Part shown: positions 1 to 9,596 of the stretch, one piece after another | Layout: every line of letters begins with the position of its first letter | Position numbering within the stretch: the first letter of the stretch is position 1 | IMG/VR virus record: IMGVR_UViG_3300032280_000373 | Strand: one strand, 5' to 3' | DNA length: 64,000 nt | Source: an uncultured virus (IMG/VR IMGVR_UViG_3300032280_000373) | Lineage: Duplodnaviria; Heunggongvirae; Uroviricota; Caudoviricetes | Position numbers and translations under genes: made by a program | Notes under the pieces: generated by a model | Told to the model about the DNA's origin: nothing | Database searches by the model: none | The model's input: the letters and a program-made list of their open reading frames with translations, nothing else

Positions 1-887
1 TCTTTTTGCAAGTTACTCCACTCTGTTTCATATGCTGTTTTAACTTCCGTCTCCATGCGTTGCTGATAAGCCTCTTGTTCTTTCTTCTCTTCAGCTTGGA
101 TCATTTGTAGGACGGTATTAACATCCTTAGTTAAGATTTCCCTGCGCTCGAATACCTTTTGCAATTCCTCTGCCCTATTCCGAATAGCTAAAGAATCGAC
201 GGGGTCAAAGGAACTAGTAGCTTCCTTCAACAAAGCCCTGCGTTTGGCAGTGTCCGGTTCTACCATAGCTGCATAAATATTCCGGGGGTCGACTCCCTCG
301 TAAAGCTTGCTGATCTCAGAAACTTCTTTCTGAATGCTGTTTAGGGGCTCAGTAACAGCCTGTTTATATTCCTTGGTGGATTCTAGTCTAGAGAACTTCA
401 ACTCATTTTCATACTCATCACGCTCCTGTTTGAGCGTATTCAACTGGTTCTGCAAATCGATCTGCTCGACCGAATTAGTGGGAGCCTCGGAGACTTTACC
501 CTCGAGTTCTTTCAGTTTTGTTCTGGCTTCTCGCAAATCTTTGGTCAAACGGGCCCATGCAGTCTGGGCTTCGGGTTTAAGATTTTCGGGTGCTTTGACG
601 TCCAACTCATCGGAAACGGTTTCGGTTTTTGTGACTTCTTCTTCTTGGCCAGTCAACCGCTTGGTCAAAATATCCAGAGGATTAGTCGTGGAAGATTTAT
701 CAGTCTTGGCAATCTCAACAGTTTTAGTTGTCTCCGCTGGTGCGGTTACGGCGGTGGCTACGGGTGCTTCCGTAGCTGGTGCTTTGTCTAGAGCTTCAAA
801 CCCTGCATCAAATGCATCGGCAAAGCTAATGTTATCGGCCCCAGCGGCTCCTGCCACTACGGGTTCTGCGGTTGCTGTTTCACTCAT
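1..887 (-). CDS. Putative capsid scaffolding protein (partial, runs off left edge)
   Basis: ATG at 887, open frame to the edge: MSETATAEPVVAGAAGADNISFADAFDAGF..., acidic/flexible N-terminus then coiled-coil (KDLREARTKLKELE...); lies two genes downstream of the portal. Not in the ORF track because it has no stop in the window. Confidence 0.65.
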   Translation of the reverse strand, partial: MSETATAEPVVAGAAGADNISFADAFDAGFEALDKAPATEAPVATAVTAPAETTKTVEIAKTDKSSTTNPLDILTKRLTGQEEEVTKTETVSDELDVKAPENLKPEAQTAWARLTKDLREARTKLKELEGKVSEAPTNSVEQIDLQNQLNTLKQERDEYENELKFSRLESTKEYKQAVTEPLNSIQKEVSEISKLYEGVDPRNIYAAMVEPDTAKRRALLKEATSSFDPVDSLAIRNRAEELQKVFERREILTKDVNTVLQMIQAEEKKEQEAYQQRMETEVKTAYETEWSNLQK

Positions 888-899
888 GTTTTGTGTTCC

Positions 900-1193
900 T
901 TATGGTTGGTTGGTTTCTTCTGTTCTGGTTTCCCAGGGTTCTGGTAAATTAGTTGGCTCTGACCGGTCTTCACCAAGAGCAGTCAGCAAACGAATGGCTT
1001 CATAATAGCCTTCTCTTCGAGCATTTAAAGTTGCGTTCCAATCAATAAAATCAACATTAGGGGGAGGGAGCGTCGGGGTAGGAGTACCAATAGTTAGCAA
1101 AATTTGATTCAAAGCTTTCCCGGCTTCTGATTTGGAAAAGGTTTTCCAGGCGAGTTTGAAATCGTCTCTTTTATTCCAGTCGTTTAATGTCAT
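900..1193 (-). CDS. Hypothetical protein between portal and scaffold
   Basis: 97 aa; ATGA overlap with portal stop; typical head-module position. Confidence 0.7.
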   Translation of the reverse strand: MTLNDWNKRDDFKLAWKTFSKSEAGKALNQILLTIGTPTPTLPPPNVDFIDWNATLNARREGYYEAIRLLTALGEDRSEPTNLPEPWETRTEETNQP

Positions 1194-3457
1194 GCTTTTT
1201 GGGCGGTGGTACTCATCGCAGAACGCAGATTAGCTGCGGTTTGCGCGTCTTGTAAAGCTAATTTTTGCTTTAACTCCGCCTCTTTGAACCGCGCATCCAA
1301 CGCGGCTTTTTCTTGTTTGAGTTGCATGTCAAGTTGATGCTCTTGCATTTTCATTTGCATCTGCGGGCTGATGCCCTGTACTTGCCCCTGTTCCAACGCG
1401 AGTTGCTGTTGTTGTTCGTTGGCCGCACGAATGTCTTGCTCCACATCTCGCTGTAGGTTTACAACAGCTTCGCGCAACAAATTCATTGCAAGTTTTGCCT
1501 GACCAATTTCTTGTTGCTTTGTTTTATCGTCGACGATTCTAACAAGGTGTTCATTTGAATGCTCATACACCATGGTAAGGAACATCATGGTGCCCTGCTT
1601 ATCTTGAATCTGATTATTCTGAACGGCTTGAACAATGGGTTGAGTTTCTTTCAAATGGACAGCCAGATGGATCGCGTGATTTTCATTCGGCATAACAGTT
1701 ACTTGTCTGCCAGCCTGCATTGAACCATTTTCGAGTTCGGCAATTTTAGCGTCGGCAGGAATACGATTTTTAACAGTCGGGTTAGGCAGGTAGCGATCAA
1801 CCTGGTCATACCCCACGCGGGCGGCCACGCGGTCGCGCACGGCATTAATCTGACCCAACTCGTCGAATCGTGGGAGCATTTGCATGAATTCATTGAACGC
1901 TGAAAGACGGGCGGCGGGGGAACCCAACCCAACGGCTTTTACAGCATCAACGTCATAAACAGCTTTAACTGCCTCCCAAGGAACTCCACGCTCTTCTAAT
2001 CGGCTACGGAATTTTTTGGCTTCAGCTGCGCCCTCTTCTCCCGGGACCCATGTATCACGCTGGAGCCGTCTGAATTGTTCGCGTAGCAAACGTCCCCAAG
2101 GAACGTAGAAAAGGTTCATCGAGTTGGTAGTGAGTATCGCCTCGTTCGCAAGCTGTGCTTCTACTTCGGTTGCAGTGCGAGGATTTCCGGTAGGCGCATT
2201 CATCTGGGTCCGATAAGATCCGGTATTGCTCTGGCGGACCATTGCCATTTCGTTCACAATCGGCTGTACGTTAAGGGCCAAATTGGGGTACTGCGTCTGA
2301 ACAACATTCAATCCTGGGGGTAAGAACGAAAGCGGACCCGAGTAAGCCATCGTCATTTTAGATACATCTTCCGCGCTTTGGGGTTGCAACAAGACGGAAG
2401 TTTGCAACATCGCTCCGTCGGCCATCGCGCAACGTAAACGATTGGTCATCTGGATATGTGGAAAAATCTTGTACCCAAGACCGCGGATAGAATGATAAAC
2501 TCCGTTGCCTACTCCATAAGTAAAAATGTGGAAAGCTTCGGAAGCCGACTTAAATCGATGGAGTCTTTTAAATAGGAAATCACCAGATCCGTCACGCAAT
2601 CCAATGGCGTGAGAATAGCTTCCGTCGAACTCCCTGACGTAATAATGAACTACATGAACTTCGCGTGACCGAACATGGGCGAAATACAAATCATTGGCCT
2701 TAATCTGTCTCTGTAACTCTTCCCAATTAAAACCATCTTGAGGGAAAGTAGTGGTAGCATTGCGTATCGCCTTTCGTACTTCTTCCACATTCCATCCAGC
2801 TTCTTCTGCAATTTTCGGGTTCTCAATATATTGAAAGAGTTCGTGTACTAAAAAGATTCTTCGGATGCACGCAATCTCAACTTTATCTTCTGTGGCGGGG
2901 GTTCCGCGGGGAATAAAGAAGTCGCCAATAGGACATACAGTCCACTGCCAATTTCGTTCGTCTTCAAAGTAAGCAATCCCCAAGCCCTGGGAAACAAAAT
3001 AGTAGGACAGAAGTTGTTGCTTAAAATAAAAGCTGGGCCAATCTTTTGTCAGAAGACGGGTAAACTCTTCAGAAATAATTGAAGCGTACTCTTCGCGTTG
3101 GCTCTCATCCCCGAAACGTGTTTTAACATTAATCAAACGATCGACTGAGGTGACAAGATCATTATATGAAGTGAGTGCTTTTTCCAAGTCAGCGCTGGCT
3201 TCTCCAAAGTTAAGGTTCGCCCGATAGCCTTGGCCCAGCCTCCGCAGCACTACGGGATCATACGGAGCCGCCCCGTCGAACATGTCCATGATCCTGGTGC
3301 GATCCCGGGCCGCTGCCTCGTCTGCCAGATACAAATTCTGGTACAAAGAGTGTAGACCTTTATGGTCGCTAATTCGGGTTTTAGGTACTTTCCCTTTTTC
3401 GCTTATTGTTAGGAGATCCGAATCAGGAACGGTATTGTTATTGTATTTGGGTTCCAC
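1190..3457 (-). CDS. Portal protein
   Basis: Large helical protein directly after TerL; RTATEV motif common in podovirus portals; Gln-rich C-terminal coiled coil. The track start at 3496 coincides with a -35 box, so GTG 3457 is preferred. Confidence 0.8.
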   Translation of the reverse strand: MEPKYNNNTVPDSDLLTISEKGKVPKTRISDHKGLHSLYQNLYLADEAAARDRTRIMDMFDGAAPYDPVVLRRLGQGYRANLNFGEASADLEKALTSYNDLVTSVDRLINVKTRFGDESQREEYASIISEEFTRLLTKDWPSFYFKQQLLSYYFVSQGLGIAYFEDERNWQWTVCPIGDFFIPRGTPATEDKVEIACIRRIFLVHELFQYIENPKIAEEAGWNVEEVRKAIRNATTTFPQDGFNWEELQRQIKANDLYFAHVRSREVHVVHYYVREFDGSYSHAIGLRDGSGDFLFKRLHRFKSASEAFHIFTYGVGNGVYHSIRGLGYKIFPHIQMTNRLRCAMADGAMLQTSVLLQPQSAEDVSKMTMAYSGPLSFLPPGLNVVQTQYPNLALNVQPIVNEMAMVRQSNTGSYRTQMNAPTGNPRTATEVEAQLANEAILTTNSMNLFYVPWGRLLREQFRRLQRDTWVPGEEGAAEAKKFRSRLEERGVPWEAVKAVYDVDAVKAVGLGSPAARLSAFNEFMQMLPRFDELGQINAVRDRVAARVGYDQVDRYLPNPTVKNRIPADAKIAELENGSMQAGRQVTVMPNENHAIHLAVHLKETQPIVQAVQNNQIQDKQGTMMFLTMVYEHSNEHLVRIVDDKTKQQEIGQAKLAMNLLREAVVNLQRDVEQDIRAANEQQQQLALEQGQVQGISPQMQMKMQEHQLDMQLKQEKAALDARFKEAELKQKLALQDAQTAANLRSAMSTTAQKA

Positions 3458-3505
3458 AAGTCCGACTAGTATGGGGGAAGGCAATATTCCTGTCAATCAG
3501 GCTTT

Positions 3506-5245
3506 TTAGACACTAAGGAAGGAAGATTCGGAAACAGCCTGGTCAAGTTTACGGGCTTGCTCCTGCCAAGTAGACCTTAACTTGCCCCCGACTAAGGAGC
3601 CGGCATGAATGCCCAGCTTTTGTCTAGCCAGATCAAGACCTAAGAAGAAGGCATCGGCCAAGTCGGGGGACTTCCCCAAGCGTAACTTGTAATCTCTTTT
3701 GGGCTCTACTGTAACCTTTCCGCCGGCGGTTGTATTATATTTTCTCCCAGTCATTTCTTTGGCTAAATCTGGTACAATTCCTTTTAACTGCCCAGACCTC
3801 ATATACTCTACCCCGGAAAACCAAAGTTCCGTAACTCGGTTTGTATACTTGTCTACACCTCGAATTGGGTTTGTAACGCTTACCGGTAGTAAGGAAGCTT
3901 TTTCTCCAAACTTAATTCGAAGTATTCGATTTGACCATATTTCAGATAAGATGTCACAAAAGGGATCTCCGGCACCAGTGGCGTCGATAGCCACTCTTTC
4001 AGGGGGAATCCCGGATTCTTGGCAAATTCGCATGACTTCTTTTGCAATCTGGAAATTCCGTGGCTCAGGTTTAGTAACGTCTTCGCGAAGACTGTGGAAC
4101 TTATGAAGCGCTACTGCTGGACCGGATTCTTCGCTTTGCCCATACTTGAGGATAGCTAGCACCGATCTATCCCCTCCGTTTGTGAATGCAGGGTCGAATC
4201 CAGCCAGGTAAAGCGGAGGGTGCGACCATCTTGGTTCTTTTGTAACATCGTATTTCCTGAAGTCTGCTTCCGAATAAATACCCTCTTCAGCTCCTACTGG
4301 TGCTGGAAAGCTTCGTATAAATCGCCAAAACGAAAGTGAGTTTTCCCCCTCGTTGTCGATAGCGTACTTAACTTGCTTCGAGGTCAACAAGAATGGCCAT
4401 TTATCATCGTGCTCGATATTTGGAGTTTTGATACCGTCAAGGTGAATACACTTACCAGATTTTGTTTCCCACTCTTCAGAATCTACCGTAACCGAGTTCC
4501 ACCCATCTTTGGGTGTGGAAAAAACTCCGAATGGATCGTATTGAGAATTAAAGTTTCCTAAGGCTACGCATTGAAATTGTGGGTTCGCGTTTAGGTTTGA
4601 GATGGCTTCAAACACCGAATTGGTTACGTCGGTTGCCTCATCGATAATCAAGAACACTCTCTTATTTTTTAGACCAATAAGTTTTGCTGTGGCTTCCTTT
4701 TCTTTATCTGGGCTCGATGGGACCAAGGTAATCGAAGACCGATCGGAAGCTTCTCCGGATTCGGATGCGTCAAGTACGATCTTGCCCATAGAATCTACTA
4801 ACTTTCCCGGAAGTCCTGGTACTTGCATATATCTCTCGCGGATAGAACCCCATAGACGTTTACGAGCTTCTCGAACGCTGGTGGTCGTGACAAGAACAAG
4901 GGTTTCATGCGGAGCACAAAGCCAATTAACTAATCCCCACATAGCCATTGTGGAAGTTTTGGCAGAAGACTTTGGCCCGGAAATGGCTAAATAGTTTTCT
5001 TCACAAGCACGTTCAATCATCCAATCAGCCCAAGGATGCCAATGAAACCCATTCTTGTTTTTAGTTTTGTGGTAAGGCCAAAGCAGATTGACCACATTCT
5101 TAAAATGTTGAGCCTTGCCCAAACCTCCATCCTCGGGTCTTAACCCAAGTTTAAAAGCGAGCAATTCAATGTCGAGGTCTCCGGCTCCATCTGGCCAGGA
5201 CTTTCCATATTTTTCTATAGGCAAGGAACTACTCTGCATAATCAC
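3506..5245 (-). CDS. terL: Terminase large subunit
   Basis: Walker A GPKSSAKT, Walker B LIIDEA, RNase H-like nuclease motifs GFDPA, AIDATG and SPDLADA. The start may be TTG 5224. Confidence 0.93.
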   Translation of the reverse strand: MIMQSSSLPIEKYGKSWPDGAGDLDIELLAFKLGLRPEDGGLGKAQHFKNVVNLLWPYHKTKNKNGFHWHPWADWMIERACEENYLAISGPKSSAKTSTMAMWGLVNWLCAPHETLVLVTTTSVREARKRLWGSIRERYMQVPGLPGKLVDSMGKIVLDASESGEASDRSSITLVPSSPDKEKEATAKLIGLKNKRVFLIIDEATDVTNSVFEAISNLNANPQFQCVALGNFNSQYDPFGVFSTPKDGWNSVTVDSEEWETKSGKCIHLDGIKTPNIEHDDKWPFLLTSKQVKYAIDNEGENSLSFWRFIRSFPAPVGAEEGIYSEADFRKYDVTKEPRWSHPPLYLAGFDPAFTNGGDRSVLAILKYGQSEESGPAVALHKFHSLREDVTKPEPRNFQIAKEVMRICQESGIPPERVAIDATGAGDPFCDILSEIWSNRILRIKFGEKASLLPVSVTNPIRGVDKYTNRVTELWFSGVEYMRSGQLKGIVPDLAKEMTGRKYNTTAGGKVTVEPKRDYKLRLGKSPDLADAFFLGLDLARQKLGIHAGSLVGGKLRSTWQEQARKLDQAVSESSFLSV

Positions 5246-5259
5246 TTGACAGTTGTCAA
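5246..5259. promoter_or_regulatory. Back-to-back sigma70-type -35 boxes (divergent promoter between terL and the replication arm)
   Basis: TTGACAGTTGTCAA reads TTGACA on both strands; candidate -10 boxes CACTCT (+) and CAGAGT (-) at 16/17-nt spacing. Confidence 0.65.
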
Positions 5260-5302
5260 TTTGAGTTCACTCTACCCAGCACGATGAATACACCCTTAAA
5301 AA

Positions 5303-5704
5303 ATGAACAGTTGTACAAAAGGCAAAGTCGGAGAACGTGAGTGGCGCGATGTCCTCAAGGCGAAGGGTTTCGAGGCGCGCCGCGGGAGGCAATTTTCGGG
5401 CAGCCCGGATTCCCCGGATGTTGTCAGCAACCTCCCATTTCACTTTGAAGTCAAACGGGTTGAGGCCCTCAACATTAACAAAGCTATGGAACAGGCCAAA
5501 CGAGACAGTGGCAAGAGTGTGCCAGTGGTGGCCCATAGAAAAAACAAGTGCCCGTGGCTTGTTACGATGGCTGCGGAAGATTGGCTTGAACTAGTTCGTG
5601 AAAAGCACTCAGACGCTTGTTCAACTCCGCCCGTGGCAGGAGAAATCAAAAAGTATTATACTTCAAGCAATTCAGAATCACTCGATCGCGCTGGACTGCT
5701 CTGA
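5303..5704 (+). CDS. Holliday junction resolvase-like (Hjc-type PD-(D/E)XK) nuclease
   Basis: KGKVGERE...SPDV...FHFEVKR...AMEQA...PVVAHRKN pattern. Confidence 0.8.
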   Translation: MNSCTKGKVGEREWRDVLKAKGFEARRGRQFSGSPDSPDVVSNLPFHFEVKRVEALNINKAMEQAKRDSGKSVPVVAHRKNKCPWLVTMAAEDWLELVREKHSDACSTPPVAGEIKKYYTSSNSESLDRAGLL

Positions 5705-6902
5705 TACTGGTACGGGAAAAACTGTTACGGCTTGTGCTGTAGCAAAAGAACTTGGCCTTGAATTTGCCATTATAGCCCCCAAAATTGTACTTCCAGCTTG
5801 GAAAAGTTGGTGTAGCACTTTTGGGCTACAGCCAAAATTTGTGCTCAACTATGAAAAGCTACGGACGGGTAATACAGAATTCATAACTAAGCTGGCGAGC
5901 AAGCAATGGAATTGGAAGCATAAGGGAAAAGATTTCCTTTATATATTTGACGAAGTCCATCGTTGTAAGAGTTACAAATCTCAGAATGGGGCAATGCTCG
6001 AGGCCGCGGCTGGATCGAACGTTCTCATGCTGTCTGCTACCGCCGCGGGAAGTCCTATGGATATGCGTTTTACTGGGCGACTTCTCGGGCTTCACAACGG
6101 AGTGGATTACTTTAGGTGGCTCCACAAAAACGGTGTGGTCAAAGCTCCGTGGGGTGGCATGATATTCCGTGGCGGGAAGCGTGTGCTAACCGATATCCAC
6201 TCCAAGATATTTCCAGCTAAAGGCGTTCGTATTCGGGTCAGTGAACTTGGGGATGCGTTCCCGAGTAACCAGGTAAACGCCGAGGTGCTGGACATCTCTC
6301 CAAAGATTGGTGAGTTATACCAGAAAGTTGAAGAGGAAATTTTGGAATTAAAAGATCGGTCTCGTACTGACGCAGACCCAGAGAATCCTCTCACTAAGCG
6401 TTTACGCATGAGGCAAGAAATTGAACTGCTTCGAGTTCCTGTGATTACGGAAATGGCGGAGGAGTTTATTGAGGAAGGCAAAAGCGTTGTATGCTTTGTA
6501 AACTTTAGACAAACGCTTGACGCCATCGGGGAGAGAATGAAAAAGCACAAACCAGTTTATATTCTTGGCGATCAGACAACCGACCAAAGAGAATCGGCCA
6601 TTGCTTCTTTCCAAGCAAACAAGTCGCACTTAATCATCTGCCAAATTGCGGCTGGGGGTGTTGGCGTAAGTCTTCATGATCTGCACGGAAGGCCAAGAGT
6701 TTCGCTAATTAGTCCGACGTACTCTGCTGTTGACCTGAAACAAGCTCTCGGTCGTATTCATCGCACGGGAGCTAAAACTCCCGCGCTACAATACATCCTG
6801 TTCGCGGCTAACTCGGTTGAGGAAGAAGTCAGTAAATCAGTAAAAGCAAAACTTCGAAATATTGATTTGCTCAATGACGGCGATCTACTAACCCATAATT
6901 AG
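5598..6902 (+). CDS. SF2 (SNF2-like) DNA helicase
   Basis: LRPWQ Q-motif, DTGTGKT, FDEVH, LSAT, GGVGVSL, QALGRIHR. Confidence 0.92.
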   Translation: MKSTQTLVQLRPWQEKSKSIILQAIQNHSIALDCSDTGTGKTVTACAVAKELGLEFAIIAPKIVLPAWKSWCSTFGLQPKFVLNYEKLRTGNTEFITKLASKQWNWKHKGKDFLYIFDEVHRCKSYKSQNGAMLEAAAGSNVLMLSATAAGSPMDMRFTGRLLGLHNGVDYFRWLHKNGVVKAPWGGMIFRGGKRVLTDIHSKIFPAKGVRIRVSELGDAFPSNQVNAEVLDISPKIGELYQKVEEEILELKDRSRTDADPENPLTKRLRMRQEIELLRVPVITEMAEEFIEEGKSVVCFVNFRQTLDAIGERMKKHKPVYILGDQTTDQRESAIASFQANKSHLIICQIAAGGVGVSLHDLHGRPRVSLISPTYSAVDLKQALGRIHRTGAKTPALQYILFAANSVEEEVSKSVKAKLRNIDLLNDGDLLTHN

Positions 6903-6905
6903 CAC

Positions 6906-6933
6906 TTGACGATTACGGTTTTGGGGTCACAAT
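6906..6933 (+). promoter_or_regulatory. sigma70-like promoter
   Basis: TTGACG-N16-CACAAT, 13 nt upstream of ATG 6947. Confidence 0.55.
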
Positions 6934-6946
6934 CCACGGCACGCTG

Positions 6947-7183
6947 ATGGATACACAACACGCAAGATATAGCCCTAGTACCCTAAAGAGCCGGGAGCTG
7001 TGCCCAGGCTACGAACCTAAACGGGATGGGGAAGTTCACATAGTTACTCAACGCGGTACGGCTATGCATTACGCTTGTGAGATGTCTGACTTTTCAAAAT
7101 TAAACGCCGACGAAACCAAGCTAGTTATGAAATGTTTGGATTACATTGAGCGTTTGCGAGCGGAGTTATCTACCGATGCTTGA
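6947..7183 (+). CDS. N-terminal part of a Cas4/DUF2800-like exonuclease
   Basis: HARYSPSTL...CPG...RGTAMHYACE matches the SPS...CP...GT.xH N-terminus of Cas4/AddB-like nucleases. Confidence 0.7.
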   Translation: MDTQHARYSPSTLKSRELCPGYEPKRDGEVHIVTQRGTAMHYACEMSDFSKLNADETKLVMKCLDYIERLRAELSTDA

Positions 7184-8048
7184 TTTAAAAGAAATAAAGC
7201 TAGAGGTTTTTGACCAATGGGGTTTTGTCGACCGATTAATGATTCGTGGCGACAAGGCTCATCTTATCGATTATAAATTTGGTTTTAACCCTGTTGATGA
7301 TGCCGAGCATAACGCTCAAATGTGGGCGTATACCCTAGGTGTTTTCGACAAACACGACTACATCAAAGAAGTTACTGTACACATTTTACAACCTCGTCTA
7401 GATCTTATCTTCACTCACACATTTACCCGTGAGGGAGACTACGAAAGAATACACAAAAGAATAAAAGGAATCATCGACAAATGCAAAAATCATACAGAAG
7501 CCGATTACACACCTGGGGATCAATGCGTTTACTGTCACAAGCTAGCAGACTGCCCAGCAGTCCACGGAGCCACAATGCAGATTGTTAAAGCTTATGACAT
7601 GGCGCATGACGCTCAGTTGCCAGAACTATTTCAACCTAGTCAGTTGTCCACGCCGGAACGTAGGGCTCAAGCCCAGCGTATAGCGATGGTCATGGAGGCT
7701 TGGTGCTCCAGCGTTCGTAAACATAATTTAGAATTTGCTAAAGAGGGTGGGGAAATACCGGGCTATGGGTTAAAAGAAATCCAAGGCCGCAGGGAAATTA
7801 AAGACTCCCAGAAAGCTTGGGATTTGGTGAAAGGCAAACTTACTCCAGAGGAGTTCAGCTCCGCCTGCGAGATTAAGTTCACAGATTTGGCCGATCTAGT
7901 TGCGGCCAAGGCGCCTCGCGGTCAGAAGACCGTGGCGAAAGAACAACTGGAAGATGACCTCATCGCTGCTGAAGCAATGACGCGTGGTGAACCATCTTAT
8001 CAACTAAGAAAAAATAAAGAGATAAAAGAGATAAAACAAATAAAATGA
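7176..8048 (+). CDS. Cas4/DUF2800-like PD-(D/E)XK exonuclease, catalytic part
   Basis: GFVD...IDYKFG...Q..AY motifs and CVYC..LADC cysteine cluster; ATG 7176 with upstream GGAG. Confidence 0.8.
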   Translation: MLDLKEIKLEVFDQWGFVDRLMIRGDKAHLIDYKFGFNPVDDAEHNAQMWAYTLGVFDKHDYIKEVTVHILQPRLDLIFTHTFTREGDYERIHKRIKGIIDKCKNHTEADYTPGDQCVYCHKLADCPAVHGATMQIVKAYDMAHDAQLPELFQPSQLSTPERRAQAQRIAMVMEAWCSSVRKHNLEFAKEGGEIPGYGLKEIQGRREIKDSQKAWDLVKGKLTPEEFSSACEIKFTDLADLVAAKAPRGQKTVAKEQLEDDLIAAEAMTRGEPSYQLRKNKEIKEIKQIK

Positions 8049-8761
8049 AAACATCATTCAGTAAGAAAGATAAAGAAGCCGTAGAGGCAACCGAAGATAA
8101 AGCGTTGGCTGTGGCGGAGAGCAAGTCTCCATCCATTACCAATCGTAACGCTGGTGTAGACGGAGAGTTTAAAGCCTCCGACTTCCTTATCCCGAGGATT
8201 AACCTTGTGGGTAAGACTGGCAACCTTAGCAATAACTTCCAACCAGGCTCCTTTGTGTTTAACAAAGAGATGGTCGTTGGGAGTAAGGACTCCGCAATGG
8301 AGGCCATCATTACTCACATCCAAAAGAAATACATCCAGGAAATCCCTTATGGGACGGATGTCATCCCGAAGATTTTTGCCTCGCAAGCCGAGGTAGAAGC
8401 TGCGGGTGGAACTTTGGATATCTCTGAATCGGACGATGTGGACCGGTATATTCCGTTCCTGGTCCTCACCCTTTTGGTTGCAGAGCCGAAAGAAAAAAAT
8501 CCGATCTTCTCGCTTGAGGGGCCGGATAAAAAGAACTACGCGCTGGCGCAGTACAATCTCACTAAGAGTGCGTACCGCGGAGCGGGTCGTCAGTTGCTAA
8601 CCGACAGTCAGACCGTACTTCGAGGCGGGTTGACCAAGGGGCGCTATCAAGTCAGCAGCAAGCTAAACACCAATACGATGGGTAGTTGGTTTACACCCAC
8701 GTTTAAGTTGGCTGGAACGAACAATGACGAGTTCCAGGCTTGGGCTTCCAGCTTGATCTAA
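8045..8761 (+). CDS. Putative ssDNA-binding/annealing protein
   Basis: Position between exonuclease and polymerase; DFLIPRINL...PG.F N-terminus and WFTP C-terminal motif resemble phage SSB-like proteins. Confidence 0.5.
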   Translation: MKTSFSKKDKEAVEATEDKALAVAESKSPSITNRNAGVDGEFKASDFLIPRINLVGKTGNLSNNFQPGSFVFNKEMVVGSKDSAMEAIITHIQKKYIQEIPYGTDVIPKIFASQAEVEAAGGTLDISESDDVDRYIPFLVLTLLVAEPKEKNPIFSLEGPDKKNYALAQYNLTKSAYRGAGRQLLTDSQTVLRGGLTKGRYQVSSKLNTNTMGSWFTPTFKLAGTNNDEFQAWASSLI

Positions 8762-8773
8762 GTAGATGAAAAA

Positions 8774-8860
8774 GGGGAGACGTTCCGGCATGGTGCGGCG
8801 CGAGAAGCGCCGACAGGTTAGGTGTGTCCTGCCGCGTGAAACACCGGACGTCCTCCGCCA
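8774..8860 (+). ncRNA. Candidate structured RNA in the intergenic region
   Basis: Outer stem GGAGACGT.CCGG / CCGGACGTCCTCC enclosing GGCGC-GAGAA-GCGCC and GACA...TGTC hairpins. Confidence 0.4.
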
Positions 8861-8926
8861 AGCAGTAAGATTTTTTTCTGAACTGATAGAATCAAAATTT
8901 CAAAACGTGACACAAGTAAAGGGTAT

Positions 8927-9229
8927 ATGGATCAAAACGAAATAGTGCCGCCTTCAATTCACGAAGTAGCTTCAGAAGCTTTTACAACCGTTACAAAAAT
9001 TATGGAAAAAGGTTCTGACAAAAGCGCTTTCGGGGAATGGTTTCATAAAGATTCTCGACGATATAATTCTGATAGGGTAATCAGCCACATCTGCCAAGCA
9101 ATGATGCAAATTGATGGTAACAGGCAGGACCCCGATAAATACAATGAGACATCTATTGACCATTTAGAAAGGGCTCTCGTTCGGGCAGCTTTTTTATTAT
9201 TCAAATGTAAAAGGGGTAAAATTCAATGA
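8927..9229 (+). CDS. dATP/dGTP diphosphohydrolase-like protein (DUF5664-like)
   Basis: MEKGSDK..GEW...SH...D..ET.IDHL..A..RAAFL pattern, somewhat degenerate. Confidence 0.55.
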   Translation: MDQNEIVPPSIHEVASEAFTTVTKIMEKGSDKSAFGEWFHKDSRRYNSDRVISHICQAMMQIDGNRQDPDKYNETSIDHLERALVRAAFLLFKCKRGKIQ

Positions 9230-9408
9230 TTGATTCAATTTTATTGTGGTTATTTGTCTGGATTAGCAAACGTTGGTTCAACTCTGTTATTTTTGGGACT
9301 GACCCTGAAACAGACCGTGCTACATCTATTTCATTCTTTGAACATGAGGAGCACGCTGAACAATACTTAGAATTAATTCAAAAAGGAAAAAAGGAGCTAG
9401 AAAAATGA
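9226..9408 (+). CDS. Hypothetical protein
   Basis: ATGA coupling on both sides. Confidence 0.55.
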   Translation: MIDSILLWLFVWISKRWFNSVIFGTDPETDRATSISFFEHEEHAEQYLELIQKGKKELEK

Positions 9409-9596
9409 TATTCTATTGGGTTTGGAAGAAAACTGGATTTCCTTATTTGGAAATCCCCAAAACGGAAACAAAAAGTACAACCATGCCAAAAAAGAAAGGT
9501 AAGGTGTCAAGTGGAAAATCAAAGCGATCTAGAAAACGATAGACTTGCAAAAGAGATTGTTGCAGAATTGGATTACCTTTTAAAGGAAGGATTTTT

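Noticed and set aside
334..1005. 223-aa plus-strand ORF
   Set aside because: Antisense shadow of the scaffold-like gene, with Ser/Val/Leu-rich composition.
6947..8048. Cas4 as evidence of a CRISPR-Cas system
   Set aside because: No cas1/cas2 or repeat-spacer array; the gene sits in a standard phage replication module.
8774..8860. Possible tRNA (Ser/Sec-like acceptor with GCCA)
   Set aside because: No TTCGA T-loop, D-arm or 7-nt anticodon loop; kept only as an unknown structured element.
8927..9229. Z-genome (diaminopurine) system
   Set aside because: Only a DUF5664-like gene is present; no PurZ or DatZ is recognisable in the window.
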